Assembly (NCBI GenBank): GCA_963733905.1
Contig: CAVTEU010000012.1
Location: forward strand, 32,603-96,602
Length of the DNA stretch: 64,000 bases
Source of the DNA: an uncultured Actinomycetes bacterium
Lineage (GTDB): Bacteria > Actinomycetota > Acidimicrobiia > Spongiisociales > DATADW01
Direction: 5' to 3'
The notes below the pieces were generated by a model. It made no database searches. It was not told the origin of the DNA and saw nothing but the letters and a program-made list of their open reading frames with translations. The position numbers and the translations under genes were made by a program. Below are positions 8,723-21,487 of the stretch, piece by piece. Numbering within the stretch: the stretch's first letter is position 1; every line of letters begins with the position of its first letter.

Positions 8723-9736
8723 GCGACGCATCTCCGGGACCTGTCATGGTGACTGGCGCCACCGGTGTGGTGGGGGCGCCGATCCTGCGGCTTCTGGTCG
8801 AATCCGGTCGCCAGGTGGGAGCCCTCGTTCGCTCCGTCGGGTCGGCCGAGTCCGTCGAGAAAGCCGGAGCGGTGGCGGTGAACGGGGACCTGCTCAACCA
8901 TGGCTCGCTGGTCCGCGCCTTCTCCGGGTTCGAGGCGGTCTACCACGTCGGTGGGGTCAACCAGTTCTGTGTCTCGGACCCCGAAGCCATGGACGCGGCC
9001 AACATCGACGGCTCTCGCAATGTCGTCAGAGCATGCGCCGCCGCTGGCGTTCGGCGTCTGGTGTACACGTCGTCGGCCGCGGCGATCGGCGAGGAGAAGG
9101 GCACCGTCGGAGACGAGGGCTCGCCTCACCGCGGACGCTTCCTCTCCCAATACGAGAGGTCCAAGTACCTGGCCGAACAGGCAGTGTTCGCCGAGCGGAC
9201 CCCGGTCGAGGTGGTGGCGGTCAACCCGTCCTCCGTCCAGGGTCCCGGGAGGGCCAGCGGCACGGGGAAGCTCATCCTCCAGGTGATCGATGGCAAGCTC
9301 CCCGTCCTGGTGGACACGAGGGTGAGCATGGTCGACATCGACGATTGCGCCCGCGGGCATCTGCTGGCAGAGGAGAAGGGCACGCCGGGACAGCGCTACA
9401 TCCTCAGCGGTTTCACCCTCGACATCCGACAGGCGCTCGACCTCCTCGGGGAGGTCACCGGACGGCGCGCCAAGGTTCGCTTCCTCCCCGGATGGGTGGC
9501 GCTGGCCGGTGCCGGTGCCTATGGAGCGGTCTCGAGGATGATCGGCAGACACCCCAGGTTCTGTTGCGGAGATGGCGCGCACCATGCTCCACGGCCACGC
9601 CTACGACGGCACCAGGGCGACCCGAGACCTGGGTCTGGTCTACACCCCGGCGGAGGACACGCTGCGCCGCCTCTACACGTGGGCGCTCGGCCAGGGTCTC
9701 GTCGGGCCGCAACCGACGACGCCGGCACCGGCATGA
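8719..9736 (+). CDS. NAD-dependent epimerase/dehydratase (extended SDR); one frameshift near nt 9560
   Basis: GTG 8719 overlaps the pgsA stop (GTGA). Rossmann motif VTGATGVVG and catalytic YERSK. The C-terminus SVAEMARTMLHGHAYDGTRATRDLGLVYTPAEDTLRRLYTWAL is in the +1 frame and ends at TGA 9734-9736. Confidence 0.8.
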
Positions 9737-10164
9737 CCCGTTCGATCGGGCTCACCGCCGACGAGGTGAACGACTACTTCCATTCCGACTACCCATCCGC
9801 CGCCGAGTCCGGCATCCGCTGCGAGGAACTTGGTGATGGTTGGGCGGTGGCCCGCTGGACCTACAACCCGGCTCAACTCCGGCCGGGCGATTACATCAGC
9901 GGCCCGACGCAGTTCACCCTCGCCGACACAGCCATCTGGTTCGCCGTCTTCACCGAGATCGGCATCGCCCCAATGGCGGTGACCACCGATCTCTCCATCT
10001 CGTTCTTGCGACCGGCCACAGGGGCCGATCTCTTGGCCCGTGCCGACCTCGACCGGGTGGGGCGGACCCGGATGTCCGCCCGAGTGCTGCTGTGGGTGGA
10101 CGGCGCCCCCGACCGTCCCGTCTCCCATGCAATCGGCAGCTATGCCCGCCCCCAGGACCTGTGA
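9733..10164 (+). CDS. PaaI-family hotdog-fold thioesterase
   Basis: ATG 9733 overlaps the SDR stop (ATGA). MTRSIGLTADEVNDYF..GPTQFTLADTAIWFAVF..TTDLSISFLRPA..ARVLLWVDG is typical of the 4HBT/PaaI fold pattern. This is the tail of ORF 8620..10164. Confidence 0.65.
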   Translation: MTRSIGLTADEVNDYFHSDYPSAAESGIRCEELGDGWAVARWTYNPAQLRPGDYISGPTQFTLADTAIWFAVFTEIGIAPMAVTTDLSISFLRPATGADLLARADLDRVGRTRMSARVLLWVDGAPDRPVSHAIGSYARPQDL

Positions 10165-10298
10165 GCCCGGCATGGCTCTGACCGGTGGGTCGATCGGGTT
10201 CCGGCTAGGCTTCCCCGCCCCGGGAACCGGGCGCTCCTCGGCGCCGTCTCATTCCGGTCACCACTCACTAGTCGGGTTCGACCCAATCGAGTTGCCAC

Positions 10299-11309
10299 AT
10301 GGACACACTGACCCAGCCGCAAACCAACCCTTCTCGTCCCCCCTCCCGGCAACCGGTGCGCCGCCGCCGCCGGCGGGGCCGGGGGTGGGTGCTCTTCTTC
10401 CTGTTCCTGGCGGTGCTCGCCGTCTTCGCCGCTGCCGGGTACGTCTATCTCGACCAACTCGCCATGGATCGGGTTCCTGTGGACACGCTGTCGGCCGCAG
10501 GGGGACCCACCAACTACCTGATCGTCGGTTCCGACACCCGTGAGGATCTCCCCGATGATCTCGAGGGGAACTTCGGCGATTTCAGCGGCGCCCGCTCCGA
10601 CGTGATCATCCTCGCCCACGTCACCGATGGGCGGCGGCAGCTGCTCAGCCTGCCGCGCGACCTCAAGGTCGACATCCCCGGTGAAGGCACCAACCGGATA
10701 AACGCCGCCTATGCCTTCGGCGGTCCTGAGCTGCTCACCGAGACGGTGGTCGACGCCACCGGTGTTCCTGTCCACCACTATCTCGAGGTCGACTTCGGTG
10801 GGTTCGCATCGATCATCGATGCCGTCGGTGGGATCGAGCTCGACATCCCGTACCCGGCCCGCGATCTCAAGTCCGGTCTCGAGATAGATGCGGGCAAGCA
10901 GACCGTGGATGGCGCAACCGCCCTCGCTTACGCCCGGTCGCGACAGTACGAGGAACTCCGCGATGGAGAGTGGGTCTCTCAGGGTGGCGGCGACCCGGGG
11001 AGGACGTCGCGCCAGCGCGAGGTGATGCTCCAGGTGCTGGCCAAGGTGGGCAGCCCAGCGGTTCTCGTTCGCACCCCCGGGCTGGTCACCGCCGTGTCCT
11101 CCAACCTCACCGCCGACGAGGGCCTCTCGCTTTGGGATCTGCTCCGGACCGGTGTGGGGATGCGGTTTGCCGGCGAGACCGACACCGTCGCCCTGCCCGT
11201 GGTCAGCGCACCGGAAAACGGCGTCGCCTACGTGGCACGTGACGAGCCCGAGGCGAGCGACATGATCGACGCCTTCCTCGACGGCCGCCCCCTGGAGACC
11301 GAGGAGTAG
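10299..11309 (+). CDS. LytR-CpsA-Psr (LCP) family cell-wall glycopolymer transferase
   Basis: Intact 336-aa ORF. Arg-rich cytoplasmic tail plus TM ([27 protein letters not shown]). LCP core NYLIVGSDTRE..RSDVIILAHV..LLSLPRDL..INAAYAFGGPELL..HHYLEVDFGGF..ALAYARSR. Confidence 0.9.
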   Translation: MDTLTQPQTNPSRPPSRQPVRRRRRRGRGWVLFFLFLAVLAVFAAAGYVYLDQLAMDRVPVDTLSAAGGPTNYLIVGSDTREDLPDDLEGNFGDFSGARSDVIILAHVTDGRRQLLSLPRDLKVDIPGEGTNRINAAYAFGGPELLTETVVDATGVPVHHYLEVDFGGFASIIDAVGGIELDIPYPARDLKSGLEIDAGKQTVDGATALAYARSRQYEELRDGEWVSQGGGDPGRTSRQREVMLQVLAKVGSPAVLVRTPGLVTAVSSNLTADEGLSLWDLLRTGVGMRFAGETDTVALPVVSAPENGVAYVARDEPEASDMIDAFLDGRPLETEE

Positions 11310-11411
11310 GGCACTGCTTGCCTCCCCCCGGTCGGCACGGCGGAGGAGTGCCAGGGCGAGCGTCGCAACACGGTGCTGACTCCCCCTGAGGGGCGACGGA
11401 GCGACGGTGTC

Positions 11412-11526
11412 CTCACCGTTGGGAGTTCGCCAGCCCCCCTACCCGCTGCTCCGCAGCGGGTCCCTTCCCCCTGCGGGGGGATTCTTGGCCGCCGTCCGCC
11501 GTCTTCCGTCTTCCGTCTGCCGTCCA
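11412..11526. repeat. Structured intergenic repeat, family 1, copy A (hairpin core plus 5 tandem heptamers CCGTC[CT][GT])
   Basis: Core 11418-11480 is 60/63 identical to the reverse complement of 53917-53979. It contains stems CCCGCTGC/GCAGCGGG and CCCCC/GGGGG. The heptamer array CCGTCCG CCGTCTT CCGTCTT CCGTCTG CCGTCCA is at 11492-11526. GCGACGG AGCGACGG lies in inverse orientation at 11393-11408. Confidence 0.85.
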
Positions 11527-11555
11527 CGGAGCGGCTCCTACCATCTTGCGGGCCC

Positions 11556-14500
11556 GTGCCTGCTCCGCTCGCTTCGCTGGTCGACCGGTGGCGGCCCCAC
11601 GATCTCCCCGGGGCAACCGGGCGGTTGGTGGTGCCGCCCAATGCCCGCGCCATCCTTCTCGGAGGTCTGGCGGCCAAGGCCACGGGAGCGGTGTTGGCCG
11701 TCGTTCCCAGCGAGCGCGATGCCGAGGAGCTTGCCGAGGACCTCGAGCTTTTCGTCGAGAAGGTGGCGCTGCTCCCGGCCTGGGAGACGCTGCCTTTCGA
11801 ACACGTCTCTCCGAACGTCGGGACCATGGCGCGCCGAGCCCATGCCAGGCACCGGCTCCGCCAGAACGAGCCGGGGGCGGTGGTCGTGGCATCGGCCCGT
11901 TCGGTGTCACAGCGGGTCAGCCCATCGTCGGTCGAGCCGATCACCGCGGCGCCGGGCGAGGAAGTCGGTTTCTACCGGCTCATCAGCGACTTGGCCGCGG
12001 CGGGTTATCACCGGACCGACCGGGTCGAGGCGCGCGGCGAGGTGGCGGTGCGGGGTGGGATCATCGACGTGTTCCCCGCACAGGGCGAGGAACCGGTCCG
12101 GATCGAGTTGTGGGGAGACGAGGTGGACTCGATCCGAGTCTTCTCCATCTCCAGTCAGCGGTCGATCGAGCCTGCGCCCCGTTTGGTTGCCTACCCGGCC
12201 CGCGAGTTCCGCCCCGAGGGGGAGGTAGCGAGCGAGGCGCGCCGGTTGCTTTCCACCGAGCAGTGGGCCGCCGCCACCTGGGAGCGGCTGGCCGAAGGGC
12301 TCGTCTTTCCCGGGATGGAGTCGTGGCTCCCCTGGATGACACCGCCGGTCACCGTCCTCGATGAGCTACCCGCCGGTGCACGACTAGTCGTCTTTGACCC
12401 GGTGAGAGCGGGTGACCGCAGCCGCGACCTGGTCAAGGAGGAGGCGGAACTGGCTGCTGCACTCGCCCCGACGTGGGGCCATGGCGCTCCCGAAGCGGGC
12501 GAGCATCCCGCCCTATATCTCGATCTCGGCCAGGCCCTCGAGGGCCGCGACCTGCTGACCGCGCCCGCCGCTGGCGGCCGGGCCTGCCGACGAACGCCTC
12601 GAGGTGCGGGGACTCGACGCCACTCCTGGCGACCCCGAGTCGGTGGCCCGTGGGCTCGACCGGTTGATGCGAGCCGGGACCACGGTGGTGGTGGCGATGG
12701 ACGGGGAAGCAGCCGCCGACCGTGTTGCCGGCGTCCTGGCCGACGAAGGCGTCGCCTTACCGCGCCGATCCTCGCTCGACGAGGTGGCGTCGGCGGTGCT
12801 CCCGGTCGGGATTCACCGCGGTTTCATCCTCCCCGGTCTCGGCGTCTCCGTTCTCGGCGAGCAGGAGATAGCCGGGAGGCGCCGCGCTCACCGCCGCGCT
12901 GCCCGCCGCGCACCGGCAACCGGGGCGGACTATCGCGACCTCACCCCGGGCGACTACGTGGTTCATCACCGGCACGGGATTGGCCGGTTCGAGGGGATGG
13001 TGACCCGGAGCATCGCCGGCGTGGAGCGTGACTACCTGGTGGTGGCGTATGCCGCCGGTGACCGGCTCTATGTCCCCACCGACCAACTGGCCGCGGTCCG
13101 CAAGTACACCGGCGGCGAAGAGCCTCGCATTTCCCGCATGGGGGGCAAGGACTGGGCCGAGACGCGGGCCCGGGTACGGAGGGCGGTGGCCGCGGTTGCG
13201 GAGCAGGTCGTGGCGCTCCACCGCGCCAGGGCGGCCGCCGTCGGGCACGCCTATCCGGTTGACGCACCGTGGCAACGCGAGATGGAATCCGCCTTCCCGT
13301 ACGAGGAGACGCCCGACCAGCTAACCGCCATTGTCGACGTCAAGGAGGACATGGAGCAGGACCGGCCCATGGACCGTCTGGTGTTTGGAGACGTCGGCTA
13401 CGGCAAGACCGAGGTGGCGATCCGTGCCGCCTTCAAGGCGATCCTCGATGGCAGGCAAGTAGCGGTACTGGTGCCCACCACCCTCTTGGCCCAGCAGCAC
13501 CACCAGACCTTCTCGGAGCGTTTCGCCCCTTATCCGGTCAGGGTGGAGGTGCTCTCGCGGTTTCTCACCCAGCGTCAGCAGCGCGTCGTCGTCGACGGCA
13601 TACGGCAAGGAGATGTCGACGTGGTGATCGGCACACACCGCTTGCTCAGCGACGACATCCATTGGAAGGACCTCGGCCTGCTCGTGGTCGACGAGGAGCA
13701 GCGCTTCGGGGTCAACGCCAAGGACGCCATCAAACAACTCCGGGTCGGAGTGGACGTCCTCACCCTTACCGCCACCCCCATCCCACGGACGCTGGAGATG
13801 GCGCTGACCGGGATACGCGACGTGAGCCACATCCGGACCCCGCCCGAGGACAGGCACCCCATCCTCACCTACGTCGGGCCGTACGACGAGCAGGCCGTGG
13901 CGGCGGCGATCCGGCGTGAGGTGCTGCGCGAGGGCCAGGTCTTCTACGTGCACAACAGGGTCCGGTCGATCGAACGTGCCGTGGCTCGGCTCCGTGAGCT
14001 GGTCCCCGACGCCCGCTACGCGGTGGCGCACGGCCAGATGTCAGAGGGCCAATTGGAGCAGGTCATGCTCGACTTCTGGAACCGTGAGGCCGACGTGCTG
14101 GTGGCCACAACCATCATCGAGTCCGGGCTCGATCTGCCCCAGGTGAACACGCTGATGGTGGAGCGCGCCGACCTGTTGGGCCTTGCCCAGCTATATCAGT
14201 TGCGGGGACGGGTCGGCCGGTCCAGCCAGAGGGCCTACGCCTACCTCTTCCACCCGCCTGATCAATCGATCACCGAGGAAGCGCACCGCCGGCTCGAGGC
14301 GATCGGTGAGGCCACCGACCTCGGATCGGGGTTCCAGTTGGCTCTGCGCGACCTGGAGATCCGCGGGGCCGGCTCTGTCCTCGGCGAGATCCAATCGGGG
14401 CAGATCGCCGCGGTCGGCTTCGACCTGTACGCCGAGATGGTGGCAGATGCGATACGCCAGATGGAGGGGAGGGAGGAGGCGCCACCAGAGCCGTCAGAGG

Positions 14501-14934
14501 TTCGGATCGAGCTCCCCGTGGTTGCCCACCTGCCGCCCGAGTACGTGGGTGACGACGAGGCGCGGCTCGAGGCCTACCGCCGTCTGGCCGAGGCCGACAC
14601 GGTGGCCGCGGTGGACGACGTCGCCGTCGAGTGGCAGGACAGATATGGGCCGCCCCCCGAGGCGGCGCTCCAGTTGCTCGACGTGGCGAAGCTCAGGGTC
14701 GAGGCGCTCCGCGTGGGGATCAGCGAGGTGGTCCAGTTGCGCCACGAGATCAGACTCGCCCCGGTAGACCTCACCACGTCGCAGGAGGTCCGGCTGCAAC
14801 GGCTGTCGCCCAGGGCGGTACTCCGGTCCACCGACAGTGCCATGTTCATACCGGCTCCGGTTCCGCTTGTCACCGGGTTGATCGCCTTTCTCGCCGCCAT
14901 GTGGCCCCCATCCCAACCCGCCGCGGGGGAGTGA
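11556..14934 (+). CDS. mfd: Transcription-repair coupling factor Mfd; one frameshift near nt 12580
   Basis: ORF 11373..13031 (N-terminal UvrB-like region: LLPAWETLPFEHVSPN) and ORF 12604..14934 in the +1 frame (CarD-like DYVVHHRHGIGRF; helicase motifs GDVGYGKTEV, DEEQRFG, TATPIPRT, QLRGRVGR). Start assigned to in-frame GTG 11556, downstream of repeat A (uncertain). Confidence 0.9.
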
Positions 14935-16085
14935 TGGCGAAACGGGCCCGGTTGGCGGTCGGTGCGGTCTTCCTGATCAACGGCCTGGGAATAGCCACCT
15001 TCCTGCCTCGGCTCCCCGAGATCCAGCAACGCCTCGGACTGAGCGATGCAGGGCTGGGCGCTGCCCTCACGGGTGCCGGGTTGGGGGGCCTCATCGGCAG
15101 CCTGGTTGCCGGGCCAATCGTCTCCCGGCTGGGGAGTCGCCGGACGACCCTCGCCGCCGGGACGCTCCTTGGTCTGGCCCTCTTTCCGTTGGCGATCGCC
15201 CCGAGCGGCGCCCTCCTGGCCCTCGCCCTCGCCCTTGTCGGGTTTGCCGACGCCGTGACCGACATCGCGATGAACGCCCACGGGATGCGTGTCCAGAAGC
15301 TCTACCCCCGGCCGATCATCAACAGCTTCCACGCCGCATGGAGCGTCGGCGCCATGAGCGGCGCTCTACTCGGGAGCCTGGCGGTGGCTCTTGCCATCCC
15401 GCTACCGGCCCAGATGGCGGTGCTTGCCGCACTGGTGGTGGTGGCGCTCTGGATATCGGTGGCGTCGTTTCTCGCCGACGATCCGGCGGGTGTCGTCGTC
15501 CCCGGTGCCCGTCCCCGCTTGCGCGGGCTGGGAACACTGGCGGTGGTGGCACTGGGCACCGGGATAATCGAGGGGGCCCCCGCCGATTGGGGAGCGGTGT
15601 ATCTGGAGGGGACTGTCGGAGCCCGTGCCGCTGTCGCTGGGCTTGGTTACACCGTCTTCGCCGGCACGATGTTGGTCGGACGGATGGTGGCCGATCGCGT
15701 CGTCCACCGCTTTGGTCGGGTTGCCGTCGTCCGCGTAGGGAGCCTGCTCGGTGTCGCCGGATTTCTGACCGCTCTCGCTTTACCCACCGTTTGGGGGGTC
15801 ATGGTCGGCTTCGCCGTGGCCGGCATCGGGCTCGCCGCCCTGTTCCCGGCCATGTTCGCCGCCGGGAGTGAAGTGCCCGGACTGGGGGAGGGCGTTGGCA
15901 TCGCCGGCACGTCCCTCCTCGCCCGGATCGGGTTCATGGTCGGTCCTCTGACGATTGGGGCGCTCGCCGAGGCAACGGGCAGTCTTCGCTGGGGTTTGCT
16001 GGTAGCCCCCGTCGCCGGGTTGGCGGTCGCCGTCGCCGCCAGGGCAGTCGGTGAGCGCCACACACTCGAGCCGTTGGAAACGTGA
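14934..16085 (+). CDS. MFS transporter
   Basis: ATG 14934 overlaps the mfd stop (TGATG). About 12 hydrophobic helices, with the SRLGSRRT loop between TM2 and TM3. This is the tail of ORF 14631..16085. Confidence 0.8.
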   Translation: MAKRARLAVGAVFLINGLGIATFLPRLPEIQQRLGLSDAGLGAALTGAGLGGLIGSLVAGPIVSRLGSRRTTLAAGTLLGLALFPLAIAPSGALLALALALVGFADAVTDIAMNAHGMRVQKLYPRPIINSFHAAWSVGAMSGALLGSLAVALAIPLPAQMAVLAALVVVALWISVASFLADDPAGVVVPGARPRLRGLGTLAVVALGTGIIEGAPADWGAVYLEGTVGARAAVAGLGYTVFAGTMLVGRMVADRVVHRFGRVAVVRVGSLLGVAGFLTALALPTVWGVMVGFAVAGIGLAALFPAMFAAGSEVPGLGEGVGIAGTSLLARIGFMVGPLTIGALAEATGSLRWGLLVAPVAGLAVAVAARAVGERHTLEPLET

Positions 16086-16142
16086 TTCGCGGATTCCCCT
16101 ACAATGTTGCGGGTTTCCCCCTTGGCGTGAGGTGACCGTCCT

Positions 16143-17058
16143 GTGTTCAAGTTGATATCGGTACTTTCGACCGCGGCCGTCCTGTTGGTCGCCTGCAACG
16201 GATCGACCGGTGAGGCTGCAGTGGTCAATGGTGAGCCGATCACCGTGGACGAAGTCGAGGCGATGCGGGTAAACGAGGGTGAGGAGGTCCCGCCCGAAGC
16301 GTTCGCCGCCGACCTCACCACCGCCATCGTCGAGGTAATCGCCCTCCAGGCAGCCGAAGAGGAGTTCGACGTAATCCCGGACGACGCCGCCGCCGAGACC
16401 AAGCTCGATGAGATCGAGGGGGAGATCGAGGCCAGCGGTCAGACGCTCGAAGAGGTACTCACCGCCCAGAGCATCCCCGAGGAGCGCGCCATCGAGATCG
16501 CCCGCCTTCAGGTGCTGCGCGACCAGGTGCTCGAGCAACTCCAAGAAGGTGAGGAAGTTGCCGAGGCCGACATCGTCGCCGCCTACCGGTTGCGCGAACT
16601 CGGCGCCATCGAGGTCTGCGCCCACCATCTCCTGGTCGCGAGCGAGGAAGAGGCCAATGAGGCCATCCAGCGCATCGAGGACGGAGAGGACTTCGAGGAA
16701 GTGGCTGCCGACGTATCCACCGACCCAGGTGCCGCCGAGAACTCGGGCGACCTCGGGTGTCAGCCGGCGAGCAGCTACGTCCTCCCCTTTGCCGAGGCGG
16801 CCGCAATCGCCGAGATCGGTGAGTTGACGGAACCGGTCCAGACCGACTTCGGCTACCACGTCATACGGGTGGATGAGCGCAACGAGCTCTCCGAGGTTCC
16901 GCCTCTGGAGGATGTGCGTGCTGACATCGAAACCCAGATCCGCACCGAGCGGGGTGGCACGCTGTTTGAAGAGTGGCTGCAGCGTGTGGTCCAGGCGGCC
17001 GAGGTCGAGGTCGACGAGGAGTTCGGAACCTGGTCGGCCGATCCAGCCCCACAGGTGA
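16143..17058 (+). CDS. PpiC/parvulin-type peptidyl-prolyl isomerase lipoprotein (PrsA/SurA-like); 3' end inferred, no in-frame stop in this sequence
   Basis: Lipobox LLVACNGS. Parvulin core HHLLVASEEEANEAIQRIEDGEDFEEVA..SGDLG..FGYHVIRV. It reads on uninterrupted into the next gene (ORF 16143..18602). A GTGA at 17055-17058 would give a stop after a one-base shift. Confidence 0.6.
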
Positions 17059-18602
17059 CCCCGCCGGCCGGTGAGGAAGGCGAGACGCCCGCTCACCAGC
17101 TCGACGGTGGGCGAGCCGACCGGCACCACGGTCGCTCCGACAACCACCACCCCGTGATCACGGTCGTCGGGCTCGGGCCCGGCGATCTCGAACGCGTCGG
17201 GTCGGCCTCGCTCGCCCGACTCACGGACCCGGCCAACCGGGTGATCGTGCGCACTCTCCGCCACCCCGCTGCCGCCACGCTGGCGCAGCAGAGGCCGGTG
17301 GAGAGCTGTGACGACCTCTACGAGGAGGCGGAGAGCTCCGACGATCTCTACGCCGCCGTTGCCGAGCGGTTGCTCGAGGCGGGTGAACGCGGCAACGTGA
17401 TCTATGCCGTGCCCGGCAGCCCCTTGGTGGGGGAATTCGCCGTCGCAACCGTCAGACGACTGGCGAACGAACGCGGGATCGGGCTCGAGGTGGTCCCCGC
17501 CGAGTCGTTCATTGACGCCGTCTTGGCGACGGTGGGCTACGACCCGCTCGACCGCGGGTTGATCGTGCTCAACGGCCAAAGCCTGCCCGATCCTCTCGTG
17601 CTCGACCACCCCACCATCATCGGGCATCTCCCCGATCGAATGCTGTTGTCAGAGGTGATCTCGCGCATCGACAGGGTGCTCCCCGAGGACACCGAGGCAA
17701 CAGTGCTCATCGATCTCGGGACCCCGGCCGCCCAGGCGGTGACCACCACGGTCGCCACGATCGACCCCGGGTACGCCGGGCTTCGGACCTCACTGTTTCT
17801 CGACCCGGCGCCATCGGGTCTGGTCGGGGCAGTGACCGTGATGCGCCGTCTGCGGCGCGAGTGCCCATGGGACAGGCGGCAAACACACCGATCTCTGCTC
17901 ACCCATCTTCTCGAGGAGTCCTCGGAGTTGGTTGATGCCGTCTCCGCCCTGCCCGTCGAGGCTCCAGGTGGCGAGTCGGACTGGGTCGCCTACTCCGCTG
18001 TCGAGGACGAGTTGGGTGATGTCTTGCTCCAGGTGCTGTTCCATACGGTGATGGCGGAGGAAGCTGGCGCGTTCACTATCGACGACGTCGCCGAGGGTCT
18101 GCGCCGCAAGCTGGTCCGCCGCCACCCCCACGTCTTCGGCGATGTCGAGGCGAGCACGCCCAGTGAGGTGCTGCGCAACTGGGAAGCGATCAAGTCCGAC
18201 GAGAAGACGGGCACTCATTCCCTGATGGACGGGGTACCCGTTTCGATGGGTGGTCTGACCCGTGCCGCCAAGCTGCAGAAGAGGGCCGCCTCAGCGGGGT
18301 TCGATTGGGAAGGACCTGACGGGGTCATCCCCAAGCTGACTGAGGAGTTGGCCGAGTTATCCGAGGTAATCGACCAGCCCGAGGAGGCCGAGCGGGAGAT
18401 CGGCGACCTCCTCTTCACCCTGGTCAACTTGGCTCGACACCTCGGTCTCGATAGCGAGTTGGCGCTGCGCGGCGCAGTCTCCAGGTTCGAGGCGCGTTTC
18501 CGCCGGATGGAGGAGCTCGGGGGGAACCTGTCGGGCCGCTCGCTCGAACAACTCGACGAGTTGTGGGAGCAGGCCAAGGTCGAGGAACTCAGGGAACGCT
18601 GA
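17055..18602 (+). CDS. mazG: YabN-like protein: tetrapyrrole-methylase-like domain fused to tandem MazG NTP pyrophosphohydrolase domains
   Basis: VITVVGLGPGDLERV..YAVPGSPLVGE (methylase-like fold), then RRLRRECPWDRRQTHRSLLTHLLEESSELVDA and a second MazG repeat AGFDWEG..EIGDLLFTLVNLARHLGLD. Candidate starts are GTG 17055 or GTG 17154. Position after mfd is typical. Confidence 0.8.
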   Translation: MTPPAGEEGETPAHQLDGGRADRHHGRSDNHHPVITVVGLGPGDLERVGSASLARLTDPANRVIVRTLRHPAAATLAQQRPVESCDDLYEEAESSDDLYAAVAERLLEAGERGNVIYAVPGSPLVGEFAVATVRRLANERGIGLEVVPAESFIDAVLATVGYDPLDRGLIVLNGQSLPDPLVLDHPTIIGHLPDRMLLSEVISRIDRVLPEDTEATVLIDLGTPAAQAVTTTVATIDPGYAGLRTSLFLDPAPSGLVGAVTVMRRLRRECPWDRRQTHRSLLTHLLEESSELVDAVSALPVEAPGGESDWVAYSAVEDELGDVLLQVLFHTVMAEEAGAFTIDDVAEGLRRKLVRRHPHVFGDVEASTPSEVLRNWEAIKSDEKTGTHSLMDGVPVSMGGLTRAAKLQKRAASAGFDWEGPDGVIPKLTEELAELSEVIDQPEEAEREIGDLLFTLVNLARHLGLDSELALRGAVSRFEARFRRMEELGGNLSGRSLEQLDELWEQAKVEELRER

Positions 18603-18951
18603 TGAGCTTGACCCTGCCGCCCCGCTGTGCGACCCAGGCCGCCGGGTCACCGAGTTGTGTCCCTGGCTCGGGCAGGGCGGTGGACCGCACCACCTGGGGG
18701 AGCCGTGTCTCCACGAGCTGTTCGCGGTCCAAGGTGGCGAGCACCCGCCCACCCTCGACCAGCTTTACCGTCTCGGTTGGCGCCGTTCCGAGTGTGGCCG
18801 CCTCTGCGGTGTCGCCGATCCCTTGCAACAGCAGGTCCACCTCGGCCCGGTCGATCGCCGGTGCGGAGAAGACGACCAGGGTCGCTCCATCGGGCAGCGC
18901 CGGTGCCGTGAAAGGCGGCGCACCGGCCACGACGAGTACGCCGGGGATCAC
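18589..18951 (-). CDS. Hypothetical protein (120 aa)
   Basis: Only the last 120 codons of ORF 18589..19746 look coding: VIPGVLVVAGAPPFTAPALPDGATLVVFSAPAIDRAEVDLLLQGIGD..LVEGGRVLATLDREQLV. GTG at 18951. Convergent with mazG, overlapping it by 14 nt. Family not recognised. Confidence 0.4.
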   Translation of the reverse strand: MIPGVLVVAGAPPFTAPALPDGATLVVFSAPAIDRAEVDLLLQGIGDTAEAATLGTAPTETVKLVEGGRVLATLDREQLVETRLPQVVRSTALPEPGTQLGDPAAWVAQRGGRVKLISVP

Positions 18952-18959
18952 CCGCGGGA

Positions 18960-21483
<2,524 letters not shown>

Positions 21484-21487
<4 letters not shown>

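Noticed and set aside
11310-11352. Hairpin GGCACT..CCTCC / GGAGG-AGTGCC right after the LCP gene as a rho-independent terminator
   Set aside because: The stem is interrupted by a bulge, no T-tract follows, and it merges into the structured repeat. It cannot be separated from the repeat element itself.
11492-11526. Heptamer arrays as CRISPR or CRISPR-like arrays
   Set aside because: The units are 7 bp and contiguous with no spacers, the arrays are 20-50 bp long, and no cas genes are present. They are micro-tandem repeats, not CRISPR.
16074-16105. Promoter-like TACAAT (16100-16105) upstream of the parvulin gene, with TTGGAA at 16074-16079
   Set aside because: The spacing between the putative -35 and -10 is about 20 nt, outside the usual range. 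A single hexamer match in a 57-bp spacer is weak evidence.
15780-17627. Long antisense ORFs. Examples: 15780..17627 (615 aa), 55683..57473 (596 aa), 61618..62649 (343 aa), 27239..28528 (429 aa), 130..852.
   Set aside because: These are Arg/Gly/Pro-rich shadow ORFs opposite clearly conserved genes (MFS/parvulin, Eis/TPP enzyme, galU, pncB, copD). They are typical of high-GC DNA and carry no recognisable motifs.
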